From NCBI RefSeq assembly GCF_964194155.1, contig NC_135909.1, positions 3,237,118 through 3,288,000 of the forward strand: a stretch of DNA of 50,883 bases, read 5' to 3'. Source of the stretch: Cetorhinus maximus. Lineage: Eukaryota. Position numbers and translations under genes: made by a program. The stretch's first letter is position 1. The number at the start of each line of letters is the position of its first letter. The notes beneath the pieces are model-generated. The model was given only the letters and a program-made list of their open reading frames with translations. It was not told where the DNA came from and made no database searches. Below are positions 1 to 10,857 of this stretch, piece by piece.

Positions 1-3000
1 CAGCGAACCCCCCCCCCCCAACACTGCTGCCAACTGACTGGAATTGAAGCAGGCGTTTTCACTTACTGGGCACCCCGGACACCCCACAATCTTCGCCGCT
101 CCCTCCCTCTCCTTTTTGTTTGCACGTACGGCTTGAAGGAGCGTGGCGACGCGACCCACCTCGAATAAGAGTATTGAAACCACTTCAAACGGACGCAGCC
201 TCGGAGTGCCGGAAGTAGGCGCAGCTGCGTTTAAATATGATCCAGGTCTTTTGTCCCCTCTTTATAATTAATTTTTTTTTTTAAACGTCAGTGTTCACTA
301 TTTGTTTGTGAATGTGTCTCACTTGATTGAATAACTGAGTGAGAGAGCCCAGAAACAGTGTTTCCTTAAAGGGTATAAATGTGTAACAGAGGTATAATGG
401 GCCACAAACAAGTGTGTGTTTGTCTTTTTATTTAGCGGGCGGGAGGAGAAATGCTCGCCTGCGTGTGCAAATAATCTTCCCTGAGTCAGAGACTTGTACG
501 GGAGACCTGGGATACAAGAATTGTACAGGAGTGGCACTTTTGAGCGGTTCAATTTTAACTCCTGCAATAGGATTAAAATGACGACTGGTCTAAAAGTAAA
601 TAGATGCAGTTTGTGACTTTGGGGCTTAAGTAGTTTGGCAATTGATGATGAATAATTTTATTACTTAAAGCATTTTTTTTTGTGTGTGTGTGTGTGCATT
701 TAAAACCTTGCAGGAAAGTCCCTACTTCTTGTTTTAAAGAAAGTTTGATTGGAGTCATGTTCCTGTACACAGTAACTATAACCTGTCTGGGGGAGGGGGG
801 GGGTGAGTAGGTTGGCTGGAGGTGTCCCTTTCCCCTAACCGGGTAGGTCCAGCGCTCTACATAAGGATCAGTCATGGGGACTACTTTATTTCTGCAGCCA
901 GTGAAGTGGCTTGGCACCCCCGAATTCCTCCCCTTGTTCTCAGTCCGCACTCCGTTTTCACAGGGTCAGTCAGTGTGCCACAAGTAAATCCTTGTCACGC
1001 GGCAGAAACAGACCTGTGGAAGAGGGAGGTGGGGGGTGAAGTCCTCGACTCCCCCTGTTCTCTCAAGTCGTTTTGAAACATTGTTGGGAACAGCGGAAAC
1101 TAGAACCTGGGGTTGGCGGGAGGGCCCTACCACCGCCACAGTGCGTGTGCGCTTCTCAAAGTGTTGTTTTCTCTGCCCCGTTAAAGATTTAAGTTGTGAA
1201 TTGCGGCAGCAAGTGTTTAAAAGCCTCGTGCTGAAAGAGAAAAATGACTTTTTCTTAAAGGATAAGGCGTCTTGTGATTTGACTTTCACTAGGCCAATCA
1301 GCGGGGTTTGGCGGTAGTATTGTTGGAGCACCTTCTGCAGAATTCTGTCTCACCAGCAGCTTTAGTACAAAAGAACGCATCCCTTCTCATCACCACGCCC
1401 CACTTACCCCTCCCCCCACCCCACCTTCCCAAGTACGTGCGACACGGAGCACCACAAACCAGGAAGTTCAGAGATCTGATTCCCCCTTTCATTGTCCGTG
1501 CTGAGCTGGGTGATCACGGGAAGTAAAATTGACCTCCGCGTTCCCTCGGGTTGCTTGGTGAGGAGAGAGAATGGGAGGGTCGTGGGGTGGGGTGGGGGGG
1601 GAATGTGACCTTGTCTCTTCCGAGGGTCCCGTGGCCACTGTACAGCCCACCCTTCATGGGGAGCGGTCAGCATAATTATTGGGCAGGCTCCCTTTGGAGT
1701 TCATTGTGCCAGTGCGATGGGTTCACCTTCCACACAATACAGACTCCTCTAACCAGATCACAATTGCAGACACATTCACGGCCTCGCACCGGCTCTGGGA
1801 ATCTCCTGGGAGAGAATCAAGGAGCCACTGTTCTGTTGTTCCATTAATTTAGAACGACACCTCCAATTCTGATCAGTGGATGCCGTGTGAGGACAAGATA
1901 GGATTTTAAGTGTGTTTCCCTCGCCCCCCGTGGTGGAATAGTCTGCCGGCACTCACTCTGCTCACACGCACATGTGTGAAGGGGCACAGGGGCTGCTGAG
2001 GGATCTATACCATGCCCTCCCTGCCCAGTGAGAGTCAGCATTGCTTGGAGAGGAGGCGGGGTGCAATTGACATTTTTGATGACAGTGGGATGGGTCACAA
2101 GTAAATTTGCAAGTGTGATCTGTGATTGAGTTTGTATTATTGCAGCCCACAGTTGGACCGTGGCTCCAGTTGCTGTGGCTCTTTTACAATTCCATCCTCA
2201 GAACAACAGCTTCAAAAGATTGCAGGGAATCTTCCCCCCCACCTTCCCACCACTGTCCATGTAGCAATACCCCAGAGCTTTTTGGCAGGGGGGGGTGGGG
2301 TGGGCTGGATGTCCGAGCTTCCACACAGCAAATGAAAAGGAAGTGAGGCCTGGCATTCTTCCTTCCCCCTCTCTCTCCCCCCCCCGTGGGTGCTGCCCAG
2401 CTTCCATTTGACAAATGCCCCCGGGTACGATGGTTGAAATAGAGCTGGGTGTGTGGCAGGCATCCATCAGCCTGTGATGCGTTGTTTGGGAGAGGGGGCA
2501 TGAGGGTACGACATCTTTTGGGATATTGAGTTTCTGATTAGGGGTAATGGGTAACACTGCTGCACACTTAGCTGGCCATCTCCCGTCTTGCCCGTCTTGT
2601 CCTTATGATAAGTCGATCCCAGTGACCTTGACCAGGAACACCCTGAGAGTTGCAACTCCTCACTGACTCCTGTTGACGCTGGTCCTGTTAACTGATTAAC
2701 ACCTTCGCAGAAGAACACTGCCCCCTAAGGAATAAGGCTTCCTGTTTCATTTCTTTTTAAACTTCAGTCCACTCATTTTATTGGCACCTTCCCTTCCCTT
2801 CCCCCAGTCAGCGAGTGATGGAATACAGCCTGCGTGCTGATTTAAAATGATAGGGCCCGTGTTTCTGCCTCTGGCAGGCCGCCCCGTAGCCTGTGCGAAT
2901 CTAGTTCAGATCTGTGGTTGGAGTTGGACTTGGGACGTGTGGAGGGTGACCCCAGGGCTGGTGCAGAAATTACTTCCTCTCTGCAATTTTCAGGTTAGGG

Positions 3001-3121
3001 TTTACGACTAGATTACTTGCGTTAAGGCTAAGAGCTCTTTAGAGGTGAGGGTTTTGTGGTTGATTATTTAATTTGTATATATTGTATAAAATTTTAATAG
3101 CTGGAATTGTACATACTGCAC

Positions 3122-3127
3122 AATAAA
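3122..3127 (+). terminator. Polyadenylation signal, probably of an upstream + strand gene
   Basis: AATAAA preceded by AT-rich sequence with several TGTA motifs (3073-3112) and followed by a GT/T-rich tract (ctgtcttgcctgtgttgtcttt). Confidence 0.6.
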
Positions 3128-3199
3128 TCCTGCTGGTTCTGTCTTGCCTGTGTTGTCTTTACAAAAATCAATGGATGTGCTTTTTATCTTCACACCCAT

Positions 3200-3485
3200 T
3201 TCGCAGCCACACCAACGTGACAAGTAATACCATAAACATCTACTTCCTCCACCATCGGTACACCGTGGCAGCGGTGTGCCATCTACAAGTTGTACTGCAA
3301 AAACTTGCCAGGCTTCCTCATACACCACCTTCCAAACCAGCCAACCTCTACCACCTAGAAGAACAAGGGCAGCAGGTGTATGGGAACACCGCCACCTGCA
3401 AGGTCCCCTCCCTGTCATAAGCCATCCTGACTTGGAACTATATCGGCCAGTCCTTCACTGCGGCTGGGTCAAAATCCTCCCTCCT
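3200..3485 (+). mobile_element. LINE 3' fragment, same family as 8131-9815
   Basis: Matches 9360-9665 (ccatctacaag...ccttccaaacc...ctgggtcaaaatcct). Confidence 0.7.
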
Positions 3486-4294
3486 GTTTTTAAAGTGTAT
3501 TAACTTTGATTTTTTTTTAAACCTCATAAATCTGTTGGCAGATCCACACCCCTGCTTATTTTTCAAAGCTTTTCTGTCATTCATTGGGTAGTAAGGGAAC
3601 CTCCAGCTTGACTTGCAAGTAATGCCTTCCACAGCTGACCACCAGGAAAATTAGGCAACATCAGCCCTACCCTATAACCTTCAGCAGGTGCCCAATAATC
3701 CACAGAGTGGCAAGTATTCGAGTGTACGCCACAATTGTTTGATTGTCTGTGTATTAGCCCCCAGAAGTATGTTAAGCAGAATCTAGTATTTCGTCATTTC
3801 AGTTCCTCCTTGTGCTGAACAGGAACTTACTTTTACACACCAGGGTGTCATAACCTCAGGATAGCCAATGGTGTTGTTTGGAAGCATAATTACTGTCCTA
3901 ATGTGTGCATAGTAAAAGTGCGGCGGTCTACATTGGCCAAGTAATCTGCTTTATTGATTTTGGTTTGGGGATACATATCAGCCAGTACATCAGGAGAGAT
4001 CCCAGGAGAAATCCCCTGCTGCTCTTAGAATACTGTCTGGGATCCTTAAGATTCATGGGGGTGTTTCGTATCTCATTCAAAAGAGAACGTTTTCAACAGC
4101 CTATTCGATGTGTCTTTATTGGGAGCAGCTCGAGGAGCCAGAGGCCTTTTGGAATGTGGGTGTGATCAATAAGGTCAGCATTCACTGGATGTCCTTAGTT
4201 GCCGCAGCTGAGTGACTTGTTCAGCCAGTTCAGAGGGATGTCAAAGAGTCAACTGATGGTTCGTCTGCACCCTTCAGTGGGACTTATGACAGCA

Positions 4295-5255
4295 TATTAT
4301 GGGGCAGCTGGTGGTAAATGCTGAGTTGTTCAAATCATAAAGGGAAACTTGAAACAACTGCCACAACTTGTTTTGCAGATTGTATAAGTTTCAAGACGTG
4401 TGCCTTGAATTCAGTAGTAATATGACCACCAAGTCTTACAGGTTTTTATAAAACTAAATTAAACACTTATTAATAAGAGGAGTGATTTTAAATACATAGA
4501 ACTAAAAATTACTACTATGATTACTTCTAAATCCCCTAATCAGTCTAACTCCCAGTTACACTTTTATTAAGGCAACAGTAAGACACACAGATTTTAAAAG
4601 ACCCAGGCAAAGAAACATGATACCCTGAACAAGTCACATCCAAAGTGACTTTTCTTAACTTCAGTCCTTTGAAGACACCAGATTGAGGCATAGATGCTGA
4701 AGGCTTTTCACACTTGTAAGATCTTAAAATGCCTCCCTTACAAACAGTCTTCTCTCCTTTATACATATTTTCCTCTTTGAATGCAAATACCCATTGTTTC
4801 ACTATGTCTTTGGACTTTATCTTCTTGATGATAATAACCTCTCACAGCACTAAGTTTTACCAGTAATCTTTGGGAAAAATAAACATTGTTTCTAAACTTC
4901 ATCTGGCTAGGTGACACAGTTCACCCCTCCTTTGCAAACAATCTAGTCTGGTTTGTTTCAAAATGCAAATGTTCCCTTGATACCAATGTTTCTAAACTTC
5001 CCCATGTTTACCTAATTAACATTTCAAACCTAACTTCTCTTCTTATACCAAAGAACCCTGACTAGCTGCCAATTCAATTCAATTAAGTCTCACACAGACA
5101 CATCCCACTATTACTCTATTTTACAATAAATTCCAATAACTTTATGGAAATTATTATATCTTCTTGACATCCCCCTCTGTATTGAAAAATGAACAGTCAT
5201 AATTTTAAAAGACAAGCTTAAATTTTATTAACCCATCTTACACTATCACCTATGT
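4295..5255 (-). mobile_element. LTR (4295-5169) plus polypurine tract and short internal remnant of an LTR retrotransposon
   Basis: The minus strand reads AGAGGGGGA|TGTCAAGAAG at 5178-5160 (PPT then TG start), with a TATA-like TATAAA near 4760 followed by AATAAA near 4565. A second copy lies at 44372-45230. Confidence 0.7.
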
Positions 5256-5259
5256 AACA

Positions 5260-5682
5260 TCATCTGTGTCATTATCACATTGCTGTTTGTGGGAGCTTGC
5301 TGTGCCCAAATTGGCTGCTGTTTCCTACATCACAACAGACTGATTACATTTCAAAAATATTTTTTTATTCATTCACGGGATGTGGGCTTCGCTGGCTGGG
5401 CCCAGCATTTATTGCCCATCCCTAGTTGCCCTTGAGAAGGTGGTGGTGAGCTGCCTTCTTGAACCGCTGCAATCCATGTTGTGTAGGTACACCCACAGTG
5501 CTGTTAGGGAGGGAGTTCCAGGATTTTGACCCAGTGACTGTGAAGGAACTGCTGATATATTTCCAAGTCAGGATAGCGAGTGACTTGGAGGGGAGCTTCC
5601 AGGTGGCGGTATAATTGACTGTAAAGCGCTTTAAGACATCTGGTGTTAATGAAAAACACACTATAAATGCAAGTCTTTCTTA
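5260..5682 (+). mobile_element. 3' part of a Deu-domain SINE interrupted by a minus-strand LINE tail (about 5360-5612)
   Basis: cattgctgtttgtgggagcttgctgtg...aaagcgct...ctataaatgcaagtctttc matches 9826-9975. The insert is the reverse complement of 9600-9800. Confidence 0.65.
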
Positions 5683-5789
5683 TAACCACAAGACTAGTAT
5701 GCCTGCAATAAGCATGACTGTTGATGTAGCAAAATTGAATGGGAAATATCAGCCTAATGATTTACATTGGTAAATGTCCATAGAAAAAG

Positions 5790-6095
5790 ATGATGGTGAG
5801 ACCCTAATGCCCTGGGGATGTGGGTTCGAATCCCACCACAGCAGCAGCTGGTGGAATTTGAATTCAGTTAATAATTCTGGAATTATAAAGCTAATCTCAG
5901 TAATGGTGACCATGTCATAACCATGTAAAAACCCATCTAGTTCACTAGGAAATCTGCCATCCTCACCTGGTCTGGCCGACGTGTGGCTCCAGACCCACAG
6001 CAATGTGGTTGACTTTTAACAGACCTCCGAAGGTCAGTTCAAGGGGCAATTAAGGATGCTGGTGACCACCACATCCCAGGCAGGAATAAAGGAAG
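5790..6095 (+). mobile_element. tRNA-derived SINE with LINE-type tail
   Basis: B-box ggttcgaatcc at 5823. Body and tail match 21005-21385 and 33250-33640. Confidence 0.7.
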
Positions 6096-6187
6096 AAAAA
6101 AAGTAACAGCAACATTGAATTGCTTTCCCTATGAAATACCCCTCGAATTTGCTGATGGCAGGTTCTGGAGATTTCTGTGGAGCTTGT

Positions 6188-6495
6188 AGGGTTGCCAACT
6201 GCAGCTAAATGTATTCCATTTAATCACATGACTGGCCCCAGCCATTAGTCTGCCAACACATCACTCCCTGTGACGTCTGTCTACGTGAGTTGGAAAGCAA
6301 AAAGACTCATTACCCAATTGGACGATGCTTGACTGTCAGCCAAACCGTCTTCCATTTCTCTCCCCCAATATTTTTTATAACCGGTAACGAGAAACGTTCA
6401 AAGAAAAATGACAAAAAAAACCCCACTATTTTTAACAGTCTTGATTTTTCTCTAGGAAGATTGATCTCCAATCCCTGGGCCAATCCTGGAGCCTT
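6188..6495. mobile_element. Truncated non-autonomous DNA transposon (TAGGGTTGCCAAC terminus, hAT-like)
   Basis: Same 13-bp terminus as the TIRs at 19764 and 20782. The right TIR is not visible. Confidence 0.5.
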
Positions 6496-6859
6496 CTCAG
6501 TCCTGGATCCCAGGAAAAAATAAAAGCAAAAAAAAATGAGTGACTTAAAAAAAGCAACAGCAATATTGAAGGGCAAGAATTGCTTTCCTTGTTAAAAATT
6601 AATATATCTCAATATTGCTGTTGTCAGGTTCTGGAGATGGCTATGGGGTGGTGGGGAGTGATGTGGTCTTGTCATTAACTGAATTGTCTCCTAAGTATAC
6701 TCTTGGGGTAAATTGCCCCCCCCCAACACACACAAAAGCAATTCAATTTGTGCAATAAAATCACAACAGCAAGATAATAGGAAATAAAGGATTAAATGGG
6801 AATTATCATGGGCTTTAAGTGAACTGGCTCATCAGGCTTAAGGCTTCCCCCCCCCCTCC

Positions 6860-7420
6860 CCCACCCTCAGAGCAATTTCCGGTTCCGGTGCCTCAGACGA
6901 TGGTGACGGGAGTAATGGAGGCGGCGGAGAATCCGTGGTCGGGGCCGGAGCCGAATCCACCGGCATCGGCTCCATCGGGCGGTGAGTGAGCGCGTTCCTG
7001 TCACCGATGGAAAGGGAAGGAGGGGATCGGTTGAATGGCGTCGATATTGACCGGGGGAGGGAGAGATTTGTCGCCGACGCCGGGAAGCGGATCCGAGCTG
7101 GCGCTCGGCTTTTCCGATGAGGGGGGAGGGGCACCAGCTTGTTGTGAGGGGAAAGTCGGATATGGGTTGGGGTGGGTGGAAGAGACTGAAGGACGCCATC
7201 TTCCATCACCATTCCTGAATTTGGCTCCATCTTTCCCCTGCCCCCCTTTCAAGGCTCTGAGATCGGGCGGAAACCCCGCTCGTAATGGCGCCGATAACCG
7301 GCCTTGGCGGAGGGGCACCGCGCAGGCGTAGACCCGGTTTCTGGGCGGGGCGGGGAGGAGGAGGTGAGGATACAAGACCCGGATGGGAACCCGGAAGTAA
7401 CATCACATCAATCCTTCCCG
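6860..7420 (+). promoter_or_regulatory. CpG island / TATA-less promoter region of the PRPF39-like gene
   Basis: Dense CpGs, tandem ETS/GABP-type cores TTCCGGTTCCGG (6877-6888), GC boxes gggcggggcgggg (7343-7355) and CCGGAAGT at 7391. Overlaps predicted exon 1. Confidence 0.7.
6900..6981 (+). CDS. PRPF39: PRPF39-like exon 1 (MVTGVMEAAENPWSGPEPNPPASAPSG; start at 6900 or 6915)
   Basis: ATGs in a CpG island with an open frame to donor G|GTGAGT at 6982. Phase 1 joins in frame to the acceptor at 10857 (G+AC = Asp). No homology support. Confidence 0.65.
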
Positions 7421-7959
7421 CCAGTTGACAACATATGGGGGTGGAATGAATTCATCTACTTAACACTCCCTCCACGGACCCAGACAGGTTTAGGGGGTTG
7501 GAGAAGCTGGGATTGTTCTCCTTGGGGGCAAAGGAGATTGAGGGGGAGATCTGATAGAGGTGAACAAGATGGTGACAGGTTTGGATAAGGTAGACAAAGA
7601 AAAGCTGTTCCCATTGGCTGATGGGACAAGGACAAGGGTTTACGGATGTAACATTCTGGTGCTAATTCTGACCCTGAGTTCCCTTCAAAGAGGACTTGTC
7701 ACAGGGCGCGTGGTGAACTTTTCTAACGTTTGAGTGATCAGTCACAGGAATTTTAGTGTAGCATCGCAGGGCCTGATCTGACCGAAGGGACGGGGCGCCC
7801 TAACATTGGGATTGGACTGTTCCATGTGTCAGGTTTGAAATTGGGTCAGGGTCGGCGCTGAGGGTGCGCTGCATTGTCAGGGGAGGGGAAGTCGACGTCG
7901 AAGTGTTGGGGGAGGGGAAGATGGCGCTGAGGGTGCGCCGCAGTGTCAGGGGAGGTTGG

Positions 7960-8130
7960 TGCCGAGGGTGCGCTGCACTGTTGGAGGAGCAGTCTTTTGG
8001 ATAAGACATCGAACTGAGGCTCCATCTGCCTGCTCGGGTGATGTAAAAGATCCCAGGGCACTGGGAAGAAGAACGTGGGGGAGTTCTCACCGGTGTCCTG
8101 GGGTCGATATTTATTCCACAGTCAACATCA
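7960..8130 (+). mobile_element. Deu-domain SINE 5' part; the tail resumes at about 9816-9975 after a LINE insertion
   Basis: gtaaaagatcccagggcact...gggagttctcaccggtgtcctgg matches the Deu domain of AmnSINE1/SacSINE1-type SINEs as recalled. Repeated at 14000-14240. Confidence 0.65.
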
Positions 8131-9815
8131 TTCCGGAAATCCCCAGCATCACAGATGCCAGCCTTCAACCAATTTGATTCACTCCACATGATATCAAGAA
8201 ATGGCTGAAGGCACTGGATACTGCAAAGGCTACAGGGCCTGACAATATTCCAGCAATAGTACAGAAGGTTTATGCTCCAGAATTTGCTGCGCCCCTAGCC
8301 AAGCTGTTCTAGTACAGCTACCACACTGGCATCTACGCAGTAATATGGAAAATTGCTCAGCTATGTCCTGTATACAAAAAGCAGGACAAATCCAACCCGG
8401 CCAATTACTGCCCATCAGTGTACTCTCGATCATCAGTGAAGTAATGGAAAGGGTCATCGACAGTACTAACAAGCGGCACTTGCTTAGCAATAACCTGCTC
8501 ATTGCCGCTCAGTTTGGGTTCCGCCAGGGCCACTCAGCTCCCGACCTCATTGCAGCCTTGGTTCAAACATGAACAGAATAGCTGAACTCCTGAGGTGAGG
8601 TGAGAATGACTGCCCTTGACATCAAGGCAGCATTTGACCGAGTGTGGCATCAAGGAGCCCTAGCAAAACTGGAGTCAATGGGAATCGGGAAAATTCTCCA
8701 CTGGTTGGAGTCATACCTAGCACAAAGGAAGATGGTTGTGGTTGTTGGAGGTCAGTCATCTCAGCTCCAGGACATCACTGCTGGAGTTCCTCAGGGTAGT
8801 GTCCTCGGCCCAACCATCTTCAGCTGCTTCATCAATGAGCTTCCTTCCATCATAAGGTCAGAAGTGGGGATGTTCACTGATGATTGCACAATGTTCAGCA
8901 CCATTCAAAACTCCTCAGATACTGAAGCAGTCCATGTCCAAATGCAGCAAGACCTGGACAATATCCAGGCTTGGGCTGACAAGTGGCAAGTAACATTAAT
9001 GCCACACAAGTGTCAGGCAATGACCATCTCCAACAAGAGGAATCTAACCATCGCCCCTTGATGTTCAATGGCATTACCATCGCTGAATCCCCCACTATCA
9101 ACATCCTGGGGGTTACCATTGACCAGAAACTGAACTAGACTAGCCATACAAATACTGTGCCTACAAGGTCAGATCAGAGGCTGGGAATCCTGTGGAGAGT
9201 AACTCACCTCCTGACTCACCAAAGCCTGTCCACCATCTACAAGGCACAAGTCAGGAGTGTGATGGAATAGTCCCCACTTGCCTGGATGAGTGCAGTTCCA
9301 ACAATGACTCAAGAACCTCAACATCATCCAGGACAAAGCAGCCTGCTTGATCGGCACCCTATCAGCAATATTTACTCCCCCCCCCACCACCGACGCACAG
9401 TAGCAGCAGTGTGTGTACCATCTACAAGATGCACTGCAGCAACTCACCAAGGTTCCTTTGGCAGCACCTTCCAAACCCACGACCTCTACCATCTAGAAAG
9501 ACAAGGGCAGCAGATAGATGGGAACACCACCACCTGGAAGTTCTCTCTCTCCACCCCCCCCCCCCCCCCCCGCCCCCCCCACACCCAGTCACACACCATC
9601 CTGACTTTGAACAATGTCGCTGCTCCTTCATTGTCACTGGGTCAAAATCCTGGAACTCCCTCCCTAACAGCGCTGTGGGTGTACCTACACCACATGGACT
9701 GCAGCGGCTCAAGAAGGCAGCTCACCCCCACCTTCTCAAGGGCAATTAGGGGTGGGTAATAATTGCTGGCCTAGCCAACGTAGCCCATATCCCGTGAACA
9801 GATTTTTAAAAAAAG
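8131..9815 (+). mobile_element. 5'-truncated decayed LINE (CR1-group reverse transcriptase) in intron 1
   Basis: RT motifs LDIKAAFDRVWH, GVPQGSVLGP, FTDDCT, DLDNIQAWADKWQ, broken by stops and frameshifts. Ends in an A-rich tail. Confidence 0.9.
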
Positions 9816-10199
9816 CTAAAAACAGATTGCTGTTTGTGGGAGCTTGCTGTGCATGATTGGGCTGCTACGTTTCCTATGTTACAGCAGTGACCACACTTGG
9901 AAATATTTCATTGTCTGTAAAGCACTATGGACATCTGGTGGTCCTGAAAAGCGCTGTAGAAATGCAGCCCTTTCTTCAGGAGTGTTCTGGAGAGGCACGG
10001 CTAGTTACAGGTCTGTCAGCAAAGCTAACGTTTGGAGGCAATGAATTCAGGTTATCATGGCCTGAGACGCTATCAGAGATTCGAATGTCTTTGAGTTTCC
10101 AGCTCCCTCACCAGGATTTTCATTGTTTGTTTGATCATCCGTTACAGACCTGTTACAGAGTATGACATCTGCATAGGCAGTTGCACTATTTTTAATTTT

Positions 10200-10665
10200 C
10201 ACTTTATCATTCTAATCTCTGCTGCCCGTGTCCTAACTTGCTCTACACCCGCTCGCCGATCTGCTCTGTGATCACTGACCTATGTGGGCCCAGTGTTAAG
10301 CAACCTCTCCATTTAAAAAAAAAAATCCTTAATTTCAATTCCATCCATGGCCTTGCTCCTCCCTATCTCTGTAATCTCCTCCAGTTTTACAGCCCCCGAG
10401 GCCTGTGTGGCCTGCTAATTCTGGCCCTTTGAGCGTTCCATATTTTAATCACTCCACCATTGGTGACCCGCCTTTCACTGCCTGGAGCCTAAAACTCTGT
10501 AATTCCCTCCCTAAACCTCCCTGATTTTCTACCTTGTTTTACTCCTTTAAGACGCCCCTTAAACCCACTTCTTTGCCCCTTCATCACCTGTCCTAATACC
10601 TCCCTATAGGCTCGGTGTTGAATTTTGCGATTTGAAGCTGCTATGTGAATGCAAGCTATTGTTGG
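10200..10665 (+). mobile_element. L2-like LINE 3' fragment
   Basis: ccatggccttgctcctccctatctctgtaatctcctccag...aattccctccctaaacctc. Reverse-complement relatives lie at 22430-22820 and 24370-24590. Clade is inferred. Confidence 0.55.
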
Positions 10666-10857
10666 TGTATCACCATTATTTTCCCTGGTAAGTGTTGATT
10701 GTATTCAGAATGGATGACCCTTCCAGGCACAGCCTATTCTCAATGTCGTTAAACTTCGTGGAACCGTGGTCTCCAGCTGTTTCTCACCAGCCTAAACTGT
10801 GACCGTTCCGAGTGCCTGTGCGTTAACCTCTGCTGTCTCCCTCTCTTTTGTTTGCAG

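Noticed and set aside
140-240. CpG cluster with CCGGAAGT as a promoter
   Set aside because: It is short, has no following exon structure and fits better as part of a GC-rich 3' UTR.
630-680. tggcaattgatgatga...ttttattact, faintly like SNORD127
   Set aside because: It has no D box or stem and is not in a PRPF39 intron; likely chance.
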